DNA from: Candidatus Eiseniibacteriota bacterium
GTDB lineage: Bacteria; Eisenbacteria; RBG-16-71-46; SZUA-252
Assembly (NCBI GenBank): GCA_963703225.1
Contig: OY969801.1
Location: forward strand, 2,016,001-2,080,000
Direction of reading: 5' to 3'
Length of the DNA stretch: 64,000 bases
The notes beneath the pieces are model-generated. The model did no database searches. It saw only the letters and a program-made list of their open reading frames with translations, and had not been told where the DNA came from. Made by a program: the position numbers and the translations under genes. Below, piece after piece: positions 1 through 12,700 of this stretch (positions within the stretch are counted from its first letter, which is position 1; every line of letters starts with the position of its first letter).

Positions 1-6
1 CCGACG

Positions 7-1077
7 CTAGAGCGTCGCATCGCCGTCTTTCTCCTGCTTCAGCCGTTCCACGAGGGCGCGCACTTCCTGGACGCGCTCGCGGGGACAGACCAGCGTCACG
101 TCACCGGTTCGGACGATCACGAGATCCCGAAGCCCGATCCCCGCGACGAGGCCGCCGTCGGAGAACGCGATCACGCCGCTCGAGTCCTGGAGCAGGGCGC
201 GCCCGCGCGTGAAGTTTCCGTTCGCGTCCTCCCGGCCGGGCTCGGCGAGGGCGGCCCAGCTTCCCACGTCGTCCCAGGCAAAGCCCGCGCGAGCCACCAC
301 GGCGCGCTTCGTCCGCTCCATCACGGCGTAGTCGATCGAGATGGACTTCGCCGCCGAGTAGAACCGCTCCAGCGCTGCCTCGGATCCCGGGCCGGGGCGA
401 TCGGGGAGGACCGGGAGCAAGGCCGCGAGATCGGGGGCGTGGAGCCGTATTTCCTCGAGCATCACCTCGGGGGTAAACAGGAACATCCCGGCGTTCCAGA
501 GGTGTTTCCCGTCGGCCAGGTAGCGGGCGGCCGTCTTCGCGTCCGGCTTCTCCCGAAACGCGGAAACCTCGTGGAGCCGCGACCTGGGCTCGACCGGCTT
601 CCCCACCTCGATGTATCCGTAGCCCGTATCGGGGCGCGTCGGTGGGATGCCGAGCACCACGATCGCCTTCCGCTCGAGCGCCGATCGGGCCCCGGCGGAG
701 AGCTCCTCGCGAAACCGGGCCGCGGGCTCGATCCGATGATCGGAGGGGAGTATCGCGATCACCGTGTCGGCCCCCGAGCCGCGGAGCCACCACGCGGCGA
801 GCGCCACGGCCGGCGCGGTGTTCTTCCCCACCGGCTCTCCGAAGACCTGGTCTCGGGGAATGGACGGTACCGCGGCGCGCACGGCATCGAGGAGATCCCG
901 GGCGGTGATCACCCACGTCTCGCCCGGCGCCGCCAGACCACGAAGTCGCTCGACGGAGTCCGCGATCATGGGCCGTTCGGAGAGGAGCGGCAGGAGCTGC
1001 TTGGGGCGGGACCGGCGGGAGAGAGGCCAGAATCGCTCTCCCCTTCCGCCCGCCAGGATCACGGGAACGAGGCGCAT
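7..1077 (-). CDS. manC: Mannose-1-phosphate guanylyltransferase
   Basis: N-terminal VILAGGRGERFWPLSR...PKQ, EPVGKNTAPA, PSDH, GYGYI, FREKPD, WNAGMF, SIDYAVME and WDDVGSW motifs. Confidence 0.95.
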   Translation of the reverse strand: MRLVPVILAGGRGERFWPLSRRSRPKQLLPLLSERPMIADSVERLRGLAAPGETWVITARDLLDAVRAAVPSIPRDQVFGEPVGKNTAPAVALAAWWLRGSGADTVIAILPSDHRIEPAARFREELSAGARSALERKAIVVLGIPPTRPDTGYGYIEVGKPVEPRSRLHEVSAFREKPDAKTAARYLADGKHLWNAGMFLFTPEVMLEEIRLHAPDLAALLPVLPDRPGPGSEAALERFYSAAKSISIDYAVMERTKRAVVARAGFAWDDVGSWAALAEPGREDANGNFTRGRALLQDSSGVIAFSDGGLVAGIGLRDLVIVRTGDVTLVCPRERVQEVRALVERLKQEKDGDATL

Positions 1078-1134
1078 GGGCTAGCGGTACCACAGGCTCT
1101 CGGGAGCGGCAATACGAACCTCGGGACGGGGCGC

Positions 1135-1743
1135 CTAGTAGGCGCCGCGGGCCGAAAGCACCGCCGGAATCGTGAGCGCGAGGATGTGGAGATCGAGCGG
1201 GAACGAGCAGCGATCGACGTACTCGATGTCGAGGCGCATCCACTCGTCGAAGGGCAGGTCGCTCCGTCCGCGGACCTGCCAGAGGCAGGTGAGCCCGGGG
1301 CGCACCGTGAGGCGCCGGAGCATCCAGGGCTCGTATTTCTCGACCTCCTCGGGGAACGCGGGGCGCGGTCCGACCAGGCTCATGTGTCCCTGCAGGACGT
1401 GCCAGAGCTGTGGGAGCTCGTCGATACTCAGCTTCCGTAGGATTCGGCCCACGCGAGTGACGCGGGGATCGTCGTGGAGCTTGAACGCGGGCCCCTGAGC
1501 CTGGTTCAGATGGAGGAGAAGGCCCCGGAGCTCTTCGGCGCCAACCTGCATGGAGCGGAGCTTGAGAAAGACGAACGTTCTCCGGTTTCGCCCCACGCGG
1601 ATGGCCCGGTGGAATACGGGGCCCGGAGAATCCAGCTTGATCGCCAACGCGGCGATCGCGATCACGGGGAGTGCTACGGTGAGCGCGATGGAGGCGAACA
1701 GAACGTCGAGTATCCGCTTGGCGCCGCGGCGGTAGAGCCCCAC
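1135..1743 (-). CDS. Sugar transferase (Bac_transf, small PglC-like phosphoglycosyl transferase)
   Basis: [61 protein letters not shown] motifs; single N-terminal hydrophobic helix. Confidence 0.93.
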   Translation of the reverse strand: MGLYRRGAKRILDVLFASIALTVALPVIAIAALAIKLDSPGPVFHRAIRVGRNRRTFVFLKLRSMQVGAEELRGLLLHLNQAQGPAFKLHDDPRVTRVGRILRKLSIDELPQLWHVLQGHMSLVGPRPAFPEEVEKYEPWMLRRLTVRPGLTCLWQVRGRSDLPFDEWMRLDIEYVDRCSFPLDLHILALTIPAVLSARGAY

Positions 1744-1795
1744 GGCGGCACTCTACCACATGGACCGAGTCGACCGTCCGGGCACGGCGGCCTGC

Positions 1796-3436
1796 CTACT
1801 TCACGATCATGAGCCGCGCGGAATCCCGGCTCCTGTTGCTCTCCACGCTCGCGAAATAGACGCCCGAAGAAAGGTCGCGGCCGTCGTCCGACTTTCCGTT
1901 CCACCGGACGCGGTAGACCCCCGCCCCCAGCGCTTCGTTCACCAGCGTGGCGACCCGCTTCCCCTGCAGGTCGAAGATCCGGACCGAGGCGGGACCCGCC
2001 CGCGGCACGGAGAACTCGATCGTCGTGCTGGGATTGAATGGGTTCGGGAAGACTTTTCGCACCGACGTCCGCGCGCTGACGGGGACCCCGCTGATCGGCT
2101 CGACGCCGCTGATCGTGTAGATGAAGTAGAGACCGATGTTGTCGAAGTAGATTCCCTCCGACTGGATCCCCAGCGAGCGGATCTGCCCCTCGTCATCCCG
2201 GATCGTCGTCTGCTTCTCGTCCCGGATGCGGAAGCCGAGCCGGATCAGCTCCGTCCCCGGCTGGACCCCGGTTCGCGAGGTGAAGTAGGGATCGAACGTG
2301 ACGGCGCTCCCCTCCACGCACTGGGGGGTGCCGCCAAAGAAGACGAGCGGATCGAGCGCGTTCCTCCAGGGGGTCCAGGTGATCCCGTCCATGGAGCCCT
2401 GGATCCAGAGTGACCAGTAAACCCCATACTGCCGCGGCAGGTTGATCCAGTTGTCGAATTGCAGCCGGAGGGACGAATTGGTCGTCAGGTGCGTCCCCGC
2501 GATGTCGATCGGGGGGGTGGTGAGCATGGCATCGGCGAAATCGGGTACGACCCCGAATCCGTTCCCGTGGAACGGCACCCAGAGGCGTGTGCTGAGGAAA
2601 TAGCAGGTCGTGGGATACTTGGTCCCCGGGTAGCTCTCCACGTGCCAGAGCGTGCCGGGGTCGGGCGAGGTGGCGACCCAGTTCGCTCCTCCCGCCTCCA
2701 TGTCGTCGAAGAACTTCACCACGCTTCCCGACGCGGTGATCTTCACGTCGTCCACCGACCAGCCCGTATAGACGTCGTTCGAATCGGAGCGGGAGACGCT
2801 CAGGTCCGAGCCGAAGACAAACATCAGCTGGACCGGCTGCGGCCGCGTCGTCCAGCTGTTGGGGATCGTGATCGACGCGTTCACGCAGCTCGATCCCAAG
2901 TCCCCCGTGTAGGACGCGAGGGTGTCCCAAACCGACGACGCCAGACCGTCGTGGATCAGCACCCAACCCCAGTCATACCCCTCTTCCGTCTGGAGGCGTT
3001 GCTTGAAGGTCAGAACGTTCCCCGTCGACCCCGTCAGGTTGATCGGCGTGTTGGTCTTGAGCAGCTGCACCCAGTTGTTGTCGTAGCCGTCCCCGTACGT
3101 GAGACCCGTGACGCCGCACCACCAGGCCTGGCCGACGCAGGAATGGGTTCCTGTCGCCAGGTGCCAGGCGTTCGGCTGTCCGGCGCGAAAGTCCACCGTG
3201 CTCCAGCCGGCCGTATCGCCCTCGATGTCCGTGAAGAAGGCCTGGTGCTTGATCGTGGTCTCGGAAACCGCGGGGGTCTGCGGCGGGCGGGGCTCCACGG
3301 TGAAGGTGTCGTACATCTCTCGCACCACCGGCTTCCCCGCGCGGGCTGGCGTGGCCGCAGCGAGGAGAAGAAGTGCCGGGAGGACGATCATCGGGACGAT
3401 GCCGCGCGGGCGGGCAAGCGTATCAAGGTGGATCAC
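1796..3436 (-). CDS. Secreted protein with two MAM/immune-inhibitor-A-like beta-sandwich domains and a FlgD-Ig/T9SS-like CTD (paralog 1)
   Basis: Signal peptide (LLLLAAATPARA); FFTDIEG/FFDDMEAG..NW and GWSVDDV repeats; CTD FPNPFNPSTTIEF...SGVYF...RLMIVK. GTG start at 3436 chosen from the GAGGT RBS and identity with the paralog's start context. Confidence 0.8.
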   Translation of the reverse strand: MIHLDTLARPRGIVPMIVLPALLLLAAATPARAGKPVVREMYDTFTVEPRPPQTPAVSETTIKHQAFFTDIEGDTAGWSTVDFRAGQPNAWHLATGTHSCVGQAWWCGVTGLTYGDGYDNNWVQLLKTNTPINLTGSTGNVLTFKQRLQTEEGYDWGWVLIHDGLASSVWDTLASYTGDLGSSCVNASITIPNSWTTRPQPVQLMFVFGSDLSVSRSDSNDVYTGWSVDDVKITASGSVVKFFDDMEAGGANWVATSPDPGTLWHVESYPGTKYPTTCYFLSTRLWVPFHGNGFGVVPDFADAMLTTPPIDIAGTHLTTNSSLRLQFDNWINLPRQYGVYWSLWIQGSMDGITWTPWRNALDPLVFFGGTPQCVEGSAVTFDPYFTSRTGVQPGTELIRLGFRIRDEKQTTIRDDEGQIRSLGIQSEGIYFDNIGLYFIYTISGVEPISGVPVSARTSVRKVFPNPFNPSTTIEFSVPRAGPASVRIFDLQGKRVATLVNEALGAGVYRVRWNGKSDDGRDLSSGVYFASVESNRSRDSARLMIVK

Positions 3437-3722
3437 CGGGGGAACCTCGCTCGGTTGTGGGTCCACGGATGCGTGAGGCTGCTCAAGTCGCGATTCACCG
3501 ACACAAACGATCGGGGCAAGACCCCGCCGGCCCCTGTGGACCAGCGAACTCCTGCCCCGAACACGTTAGCAGGAGTCATCCTACTCGATCCCGAGATCTA
3601 TTGCGAGCCTTGATTCAATGCCGAGATAGTGACGGGGGCCGTTGCGATGCCGCCGCGGCCCCCGCCGACTGATCTCAGAGAATTATCCGATGCGCTTCAA
3701 CAGACCACCCATCGTACCGGCC

Positions 3723-3751
3723 GGGCGCCCCGGGCGAAGCCCGGGGCGCTC
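3723..3751 (-). terminator. GC-rich hairpin just after the giant adhesin stop codon
   Basis: gagcgccccgggc-ttc-gcccggggcgcc inverted repeat; no U-tract. Confidence 0.45.
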
Positions 3752-3766
3752 CCGTCCGGTTACTAC

Positions 3767-6700
3767 CTACTTCATGACGATGAACGATCCCTTCGTCACA
3801 CCCTCAGCCGACTGCACACGATAGTAGTAGACGCCGGAGGCGAGCTTGTTGCCGCTCTCGTTCCGACCGTCAATCGTCACATCGTGCAGGCCAGGCATCA
3901 GGTACTGACGCTGCATCAGATTGCGCACCAAACGGCCATTCAGGTCGAACACCTGGATGCTGGTCACACCAGGCCTCGTCGTGACGAACGAGAGCTTGGC
4001 TTGCGGGTTGAGCGGGTTCGGCGAAACCGAAGCCATCGAGCCCGCGTGTGCCCAGCTGAACTTGATCACATGCGCCGTGGTGGTGCCACGTGCCTTGCCG
4101 CCGTTGGTCAGGGTCGCCTCGAGCGTCAAGGTCACGTCTGTCGTTCCGTTCGGCAGTGCCGAGAAGAGGTTCTTCATATCGTCCTTGGTGAAGCAGGCCC
4201 TGATCTCGGTTATGCCATTCTTGTTCGAATCTCCATCGATGATGTTCTTGCAGTTCGCGTTCTTCGTGACCCCGTTGTACGTGAGCGTGATCGCAGTTGA
4301 GGACAAGAGCACGTCATTCACGTTGAACGAGTTCCCGATCGGCTCCATACGGATGTAGCTGCCGATGAGCTGCGGGAACATGTAGTTCAGGTTCTTGAAG
4401 AAGAACACGTTGGCCGCGAAGAAGTCGCTAATCGTCGCGGTCGCGGTCGCATCCCCGAACAAGAGACCCGGATCGGTCACGCGCAGGCTCACCGTGTAGA
4501 CGCCCGTCGCCGCGTACGCGTGCGAGGGGGTCGCGCCGGTGCCCGTGCTGGCGTCACCAAAGTCCCAGGCGTAGGTCAACGCGTCGCCGTCCGGATCCGA
4601 GGAGCCGGTTCCGTTGAAGCTGATCGCGCCGCCCACGTTGCTCGAGTACGGACCGCCGGCATTCGCCGTCGGCGCCCGGTTCGCGTTCCTTACGGTGATC
4701 GCCGTCGTTGCCGAGCCCGTGAGCGAGTGCGGCCCAGCAGGATTCTTTGCCGTGAACTTGACGTTATAGACCCCGGCATCGATGAACGTCGGAGTCCATG
4801 TCAACGTGCCCGCCGTGTTCGACCCGTTCGCCGTAAACACCGCATTGTTTCCGAGAGGCAGACCGGACAGGTCCGCCGTCAAGGAGCCGATGGGATCCGA
4901 GTCCGGATCGGTGGCCGTGACGTTGACGGTAAGAAGCACCCCCTCGTCGGCGCCGAGTACCGCAGCAGGAGCAGTAACCAGAGGCGCGTGGTCGGTTGTG
5001 AACGTCGCACCACTCAGCTGCGATGTGTTGGCCGACAAGGTGACCGGACCACCATCGGGATCTGTGACGTATACGGGGATCACGAGTTTCACACCCTTAG
5101 TCGCCTGAACACTCGCGGGTGCAGTGATCACCGGCGGTGAACCAACGGCAGCCGCGGCATTAACCGCAAACCGAGACGCCGAGGCCAGCGCGAACGACGG
5201 AGCCATCGCGGGAGCCGGGGTGCATACAACCATGACACTCGTCGTCGCGGTTGATGTGTTTCCCTGCCCGTCCGTCGCCGTCCACGTTACCGTGTAGGTC
5301 GATCCGCAGTCCCCTTGCGCCGGGGTCCACTCGACGGTTCCGGAGCTAACCGTCCCCGCCGGACCGATCGTAATCACGGTCGTCGCGGAGCCGGACAGAG
5401 CGTTCATGGCAGTGAAGGTGATGGTCTGCGCCCCTTCCTGCCCCGCCACCGGTGCCCAGAAGAATGTCCCTGACGTGTTCGATCCGTTCGGTGTGAATGT
5501 GGCGCCCGTGAGAAGCGGCGACGCAGTCAACGATGTAATCGCGTTACCGTCCGGATCGGTCGCCGTCACGGTGAACTGAACCGCGCTCCCCACGCTGGTC
5601 GACGCGCTCGGAGGCGCGGAGACCGTCGGAGCCTGGTCGGCCGGCGCACCGGTGACCGTGACCGTGATCGCCTCAAAATCGCTCATCGACGGGGTCCCGT
5701 TGTCCGTCACACGGACCGTGATCGGGAAGCTCCCGCCCGCTCCAGGCGTCCAGCTGAAGGCGCCCGTCGAGCCGTTGATCGCCGCGCCGGCAGGTGCGCC
5801 AGCGTCGAGCGAGAACGTAAGCGAGTTCGCAGGAATATCGGCGTCCGTCGCGGTCGCCGTGAAGCTCAGGACCGCGAACTGGGCGACCGTCTTGTTGCCG
5901 ATCGCGGCCAGGATCGGCGCCACGTTCACCTCGTTGACGGTGACCGTGATCGCCTCGAAGTCGCTGAGCGCCGGGGTGCCGTTATCCGTCACGCGAACCG
6001 TGATCGGGGTGGAGGCAGGTCCCTGCGCTTCCGTCGGCGTCCAGCTGAACGCACCCGTCGACCCATTGATCGTGGCGCCAGCGGGATTTCCAGCATCCAG
6101 CGAGAACGTCCGGGTCTGGCCGGCGTCCGGATCGGTCGCCGTCGCCGTGAAGGCCAACGTCGCCAACTCATTCACCGTCTTGTTGCCGATCGCACCGAGC
6201 ACCGGCGCCTGGTTCGGAGCCGCGCTCACCGTGATCGTAATGAGCTCAGACGCGCTCAACGCAGGCGTCCCGTTGTCCGTCACGCGGACCGTCACCGGGA
6301 AGCTGCCGGCCGCCGCGGGCGTCCAGCTAAACGCGCCGGTCCCGGCATTGATCGTCGCACCGGCAGGAGCACCAGTATCGAGAGAGAACGCAAGCGTGTT
6401 GGCAGGAATGTCGGCATCCGTCGCCGTCGCCGTGAAGGTCAACGCGACCCCCACCGTTCCTGCCTTGTTGCCGATCGAAGCAAGCACCGGCGCTTGGTTC
6501 ACCTCGTTGACGGTGACCGAGATCGTCTCGAAATCGGTCATCGATGGGCTGCCGTTATCCGTCACCCGAACATTGATCGAATAGACATTCGGGCCCTGGA
6601 CTTCCAGAGGCGTCCAGGAGAAGGCACCCGTCGACCCGTTGATCGTCGAACCGGCAGGGTTGCCGGCGTCGAGCGAGAACGTGAGCGTGTTTGCAGGCAG

Positions 6701-9700
6701 ATCAGCGTCGGTCGCCGTCGCCGTGAAGGCCAACGTCGCCAACTCGTTCACCGTCTTGTTGCCAATCGCGGCGAGTACCGGCGCCACGTTCACTTCGTTG
6801 ACGGTGATCGTGATCAACTCCGCCGCGTTCAGCGCCGGGGTGCCGTTGTCCGTCACACGAACCGTGACCGGATAGCTCCCAGGACCCTGCGCCTCCGTCG
6901 GCGTCCAGCTAAAGGCACCGCCCGCCGTGATCGCCGAGCCGGTCGGATTGCCGGCATCCAGCGAGAACGTGAGCGTGTTCGCAGGCAGATCGGAGTCGGT
7001 CGCCGTCGCCGTAAACGTCAGGGCGGACAGCTCGTTCACCGTCTTGTTGCCGATCGCGGCCAGAACCGGCGCCACGTTCACGTCGTTAACCGTGATCGTG
7101 ATTGCGGCCGTACCGCTCATGACCGGCGACCCATTGTCCGTCGCGCGAATGGTTACCGGGTAGGTGCCCGGGCCCTGCGCTTCGGTCGGGGTCCAGGAGA
7201 AGGCACCCGTGCCAGCGGCGATCGCGGCTCCGGCAGGAGCACCGGCATCCAGCGACCACGCGATCGTGTTCGCGGGGACGTCAGCGTCCGTCGCCGTCAC
7301 CGTGAAGTTCAACGCCACCAGCTCGTTGACGGTCTTGTTTCCAGGATTCGCGACGACAGGCGCCACGTTCACTTCATTGACCGTGACCGTGATCGTCTCG
7401 AAGTCGTTCAACGCCGGGCTGCCGTTATCCGTCACACGAACCGTGATCGGCGTGGAGGCAGGTCCCTGCGCTTCTGTCGGCGTCCAGCTGAAGGCGCCCG
7501 ACGACCCGCCGATCGTGGCACCCGCAGGGGCACCCGCATCCAGCGAGAACGTCAGCGTCTGGGCCGGAACGTCGGCGTCCGTCGCCGTCGCCGTGAAGGC
7601 CAACGTCGCCAGTTCGTTCACCGTCTTGTTGCCGATCGCGCCAAGCACCGGCGCCTGTTCGGAGCCGCGCCCACCGTGATCGTGATCGCCTCGAAGGCAC
7701 TCAAGGCGGGCGTCCCGTTGTCCGTCACGCGGACCGTCACCGGGAAGCTGCCAGCCGCCGCGGGTGTCCAGCTAAACGCGCCCGTCCCGACGTTGATCGT
7801 CGCACCGGCAGGAGCACCGGTATCCAGCGAGAACGCAAGCGTATTGGCCGGAATGTCGGCATCCGTCGCCGTCGCCGTAAAGGTGACCGCGATTCCGACC
7901 GTTCCCGTCTTGTTGCCGATCGCGGCCAGTACCGGCGCCACGTTCACCTCGTTGACGGTGACCGTGATCGTCTCGAAGTCGGTCATCGATGGGCTGCCGT
8001 TATCCGTCACCCGAACATTGATCGAAAAGACATTCGGGCCCTGGATTTCCAGAGGCGTCCAGGAGAAGGCACCCGTCGACCCGTTGATCGTGGCGCCCGC
8101 AGGGGCGCCGGAATCGAGCGAGAACGTCAACACATCACCGGAGTTCGGATCGGTCGCCGTCGCTGTGAAGGCCAACGTCGCCAACTCGTTCACCGTCTTG
8201 TTGCCGATCGCACCGAGCACCGGCGCCTGGTTCGGAGCCGCGCTCACCGTGATCGTGATCGCCTCATTGTCGAACAGCGCCGGGCTCCCGTTGTCCGTCA
8301 CACGGACCGTAACCGGGAAGCTGCCGGCCGCCGCAGGCGTCCAGCTAAAGGCGCCCGTCGCAGCACCGATCGTCGAACCAGCAGGATCGCCGGCTTCGAG
8401 CGAGAAGGTCAGCGTGTTCGCCGGAACGTCGGCATCGGTCGCGGTCGCCGTGAAGGTGACTGCCACCCCCACCGTTCCCGCCTTGTTGCCGATCGTGTCC
8501 AGCACCGGCGCCACGTTCACCTCGGTAACCGTGATCGTGATCGCCGCCGTGCCGCTCAGCGCGGGCGACCCGTTGTCCGTGTCGCGGATCGTCACCGGGA
8601 ACGTCCCCGGACCCTGCGCTTCGGTCGGCGTCCAGCTGAAGGCACCCGTTCCAGCCACAATCGTCGCGCCGGCAGGTGCACCGGCATCCAACGTCCAAGT
8701 GTTGACGTTCGCCGGAAGATCCGCATCCGTCGCCGTCACCGTGAAGGTCAGCGCCGTCAACTCCGCGACGGTCCTGTTGCCAGGGCTCGTCACGACCGGC
8801 GCCACGTTCACCTCGGTAACCGTGACCGTGATCGCCGCCGTGCCGCTCAGGGCCGGGCTGCCGTTGTCCGTCGCCCGAATCGTGATCGGGAACGTCCCAG
8901 GGCCCTGCGCCTCGGTCGGGGTCCAGCTAAAGGCACCCGTCCCCGCGACGATGGCCGCTCCGGCAGGAGCACCGGCGTCCAACGACCAGCTGATCGTCTG
9001 CGCCGGGAGATCCGCGTCGGTCGCCGTCACCGTAAAGGTGAGCGTCGCCAGCTCCGCGACCGTCCTGTTCCCAGGGCTCGTCACCACCGGCGCCACGTTC
9101 ACCTCGGTAACCGTGATCGTGATCGCCGCCGTGCCGCTCAGCGCCGGCGACCCGTTGTCCGTCTCGCGGATCGTCACCGGGAAGGTCCCCGGCCCCTGCG
9201 CTTCGGTCGGCGTCCAGCTGAAGGCACCCGTTCCAGCCACAATCGTCGCGCCGGCAGGTGCACCGGCATCCAACGACCAAGTGATCGTGTTCGCCGGAAG
9301 ATCCGCATCCGTCGCCGTCACCGTGAAGGCCAGCGTCGCCAACTCCGCGACGGTCCTGTTGCCAGGGCTCGTCACGACCGGCGCCACGTTCACCTCAGTG
9401 ACGGTGACCGTGATCGCCGCCGAGCCGCTCAGCACCGGGGACCCGTTGTCCGTCGCCCGAATCGTGATCGGGAACGTCCCAGGGCCCTGCGCCTCGGTCG
9501 GCGTCCAGCTGAAGGCGCCCGTCCCGCCGACAATCGTCGCACCGGCAGGAGCACCCGCATCCAGCGAGAACGTCAGGACGTCGCCGGCATTCGGATCCGT
9601 CGCCGTCACCGTGAAGGTCAGCGGTGAAAGCTCGGCGACCGTCCTGTTGCCAGGATTGTTCACCGTCGGCGCCTGGTTCGGAGCCGCGCTGACCGTGATC

Positions 9701-12700
9701 GTGATCGCCTCATTGTCGAACAGCGCCGGGCGTCCCGTTGTCCGTCACACGGACCGTAACCGGGAAGGTGCCGTTCGCCGCGGGCGTCCAGCTAAAGGCG
9801 CCCGTCGAGCGTTGATCGTCGAACCGGCAGGATGCGCCGGCTTCGAGCGAGAAGGTCAGTGTGTTCGCCGGAACGTCAGCATCGGTCGCGGTCGCCGTGA
9901 AGGTGATCGCGACTCCCACCGTTCCCGCCTTGTTGCCGATCGTATTCAAGACCGGCGCCACGTTCACCTCGGTAACCGTGATCGTGATCGCCGCCGTGCC
10001 GCTCAGAGCCGGCGTCCCGTTGTCCGTCGTCGCGGATCGTCACCGGGAACGTCCCGGGGCCCTGCGCTTCGGTCGGGGTCCAGCTGAAGGCACCCGTACC
10101 CGCACCAATCGTCGCACCGGCAGGAGCGCCGGCATCCAACGACCACGTGATCGTGTTCGCCGGCAGGTCGGCATCCGTCGCCGTCACCGTGAAGGCCAGA
10201 GTCGTCAACTCCGCGACGGTCCTGTTGCCAGGGCTCGTCACGACCGGCGCCACGTTCACCTCGGTAACCGTGACCGTGATCGCCGCCGTGCCGCTCAGGG
10301 CCGGGGTCCCGTTGTCCGTCGCCCGAATCGTGATCGGGAACGTCCCAGGACCCTGCGCCTCGGTCGGGGTCCAGCTAAAGGCACCCGTACCCGCCACAAT
10401 CGCCGCTCCGGCCGGAGCACCGGCATCCAACGACCAGCTGATCGTCTGCGCCGGGAGATCCGCGTCGGTGGCCGTAACCGTAAAGGTGAGCGCCGCCAGC
10501 TCCGCGACGGTCCTGTTCCCAGGGCTCGTCACGACCGGCGCTACGTTCACCTCATTGACCGTGATCGTGATCGCCGCCGTGCCAGCCAAAGCCGGCGATC
10601 CGTTGTCCGTCGCGCGAATGGTCACCGGGAAGGTGCCCGGGCCCTGCGCCTCGGTCGGGGTCCAGCTAAAGGCACCCGTACCACCCACAATCGCGGCTCC
10701 GGCAGGAGCACCGGCATCCAGCGACCACGCAATCGTGTTCGCAGGAATGTCAGCATCCGTGGCCGTCACCGTGAAGGCGAGGGTCGCCAACTCATTGACC
10801 GTCTGATTCCCCGGGCTCACAACCACCGGCGCCACGTTCACCTCGGTAACGGTGACCGTGATCGCCGCCGAGCCGCTCATGGTCGGGCTGCCGTTGTCCG
10901 TCGCCCGAATGGTGATCGGGAACGTCCCCGGGCCCTGCGCTTCGGTCGGGGTCCACGCGAAGGCGCCCGTCGACCCGCCGATGGTGGCGCCCGCAGGGGC
11001 TCCCGCATCGAGCGAGAACGTCAGCACGTCTCCAGCGTTCGGATCCGTCGCCGTCACCGTGAACGTCAGCGGTGAAAGCTCAGCAACGGTCCTGTTTCCG
11101 GGGCTCGTCACGACCGGCGGCTGGTTCGGAGCCGCGCTGACCGTGACCGTGATCAGTTCATTGTCGAACAACGCCGGGCTCCCGTTGTCCGTCACTCGGA
11201 CCGTAATCGGGAAGCTGCCAGCCGCCGCAGGCGTCCAGCTAAAGGCGCCCGTCGAGCCGTTGATCGTCGAACCGGCAGGTGCGCCGGCTTCGAGCGAGAA
11301 CGTCAGGGTGTTCACCGGAACGTCGGCATCGGTCGCCGTCGCCGTGAAGGTCAACGGGACCGCCACCGTCGCGGCCTTGTTTCCGATCACACCCAACACC
11401 GGTGCCACGTTCACCTCGGTAACCGTGACCGTGATCGCCGCCGTGCCGCTCTGGGCCGGGCTCCCGTTGTCCGTTGCCCGAATCGTGATCGGGAACGTCC
11501 CCGGGCCCTGCGCCTCGGTCGGGGTCCAGCTAAAGGCACCCGTCCCCGCGACAATGGCCGCTCCGGCCGGAGCACCCGCGTCCAACGACCAAGAGATCGT
11601 CTGCGCCGGGAGATCCGCATCGGTGGCCGTAACCGTAAAGGTGAGCGCCGCCAGCTCCGCGACGGTCCTGTTCCCAGGGCTCGTCACGACCGGCGCTACG
11701 TTCACCTCATTGACCGTGATCGTGATCGCCGCCGTGCCGCTCAGAGCCGGCGTCCCGTTGTCCGTCGCGCGGATGGTCACCGGGAAGCTGCCCGGGCCCT
11801 GCGCTTCGGTCGGGGTCCAGCTGAAGGCACCCGTGCCAGCGCCAATCGTCGCGCCAGCCGGTGCGCCCGCATCCAGCGACCACGCGATCGTGTTCGCCGG
11901 AAGGTCGGCATCCGTCGCCGTCACCGTGAACGCCAAGGTCGCCAGCTCGTTGATCGCCTGGTTCCCCGGGCTCGTAACGACCGGTGCCACGTTCACCTCG
12001 GTAACCGTGACCGTGATCGCCGCCGTGCCGCTCTGGGTCGGGCTGCCGTTGTCCGTCGCCCGAATCGTGATCGGGAACGTCCCAGGGCCCTGCGCCTCGG
12101 TCGGGGTCCAGCTAAAGGCACCCGTCCCCGCGACGATGGCCGCTCCGGCAGGAGCACCGGCATCCAACGACCAGCTGATCGTCTGCGCCGGGAGATCCGC
12201 GTCGGTGGCCGTAACCGTAAAGGTGAGCGCCGCCAGCTCCGCGACGGTCCTGTTCCCAGGGCTCGTCACCACCGGAGCCACGTTCACCTCGGTAACCGTG
12301 ATCGTGATCGCCGCCGTGCCGCTCAGCGCGGGCGACCCGTTGTCCGTATCGCGGATCGTCACCGGGAAGGTCCCCGGACCCTGCGCTTCGGTCGGGGTCC
12401 AGCTGAAGGCACCCGTTCCAGCGCACAATCGTCGCGCCGGCAGGTGCACCGGCATCCAACGACCAAGTGTTCACGTTCGCCGGAAGATCGGCATCCGTCG
12501 CCGTCACCGTGAAGGTCAGCGCCGTCAACTCCGCGACGGTCCTGTTGCCAGGGCTCGTCACGACCGGCGCCACGTTGACCTCGGTAACCGTGACCGTGAT
12601 CGCCGCCGTGCCGCTCATGGTCGGGCTGCCGTTGTCCGTCGCCCGAATGGTGATCGGGAACGTCCCGGGGCCCTGCGCTTCGGTCGGGGTCCAGGCGAAG

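Noticed and set aside
7650..12430. Phase variation of the adhesin by slipped-strand frameshifts
   Set aside because: The indels are not in homopolymer or short-repeat tracts and match the general error pattern.
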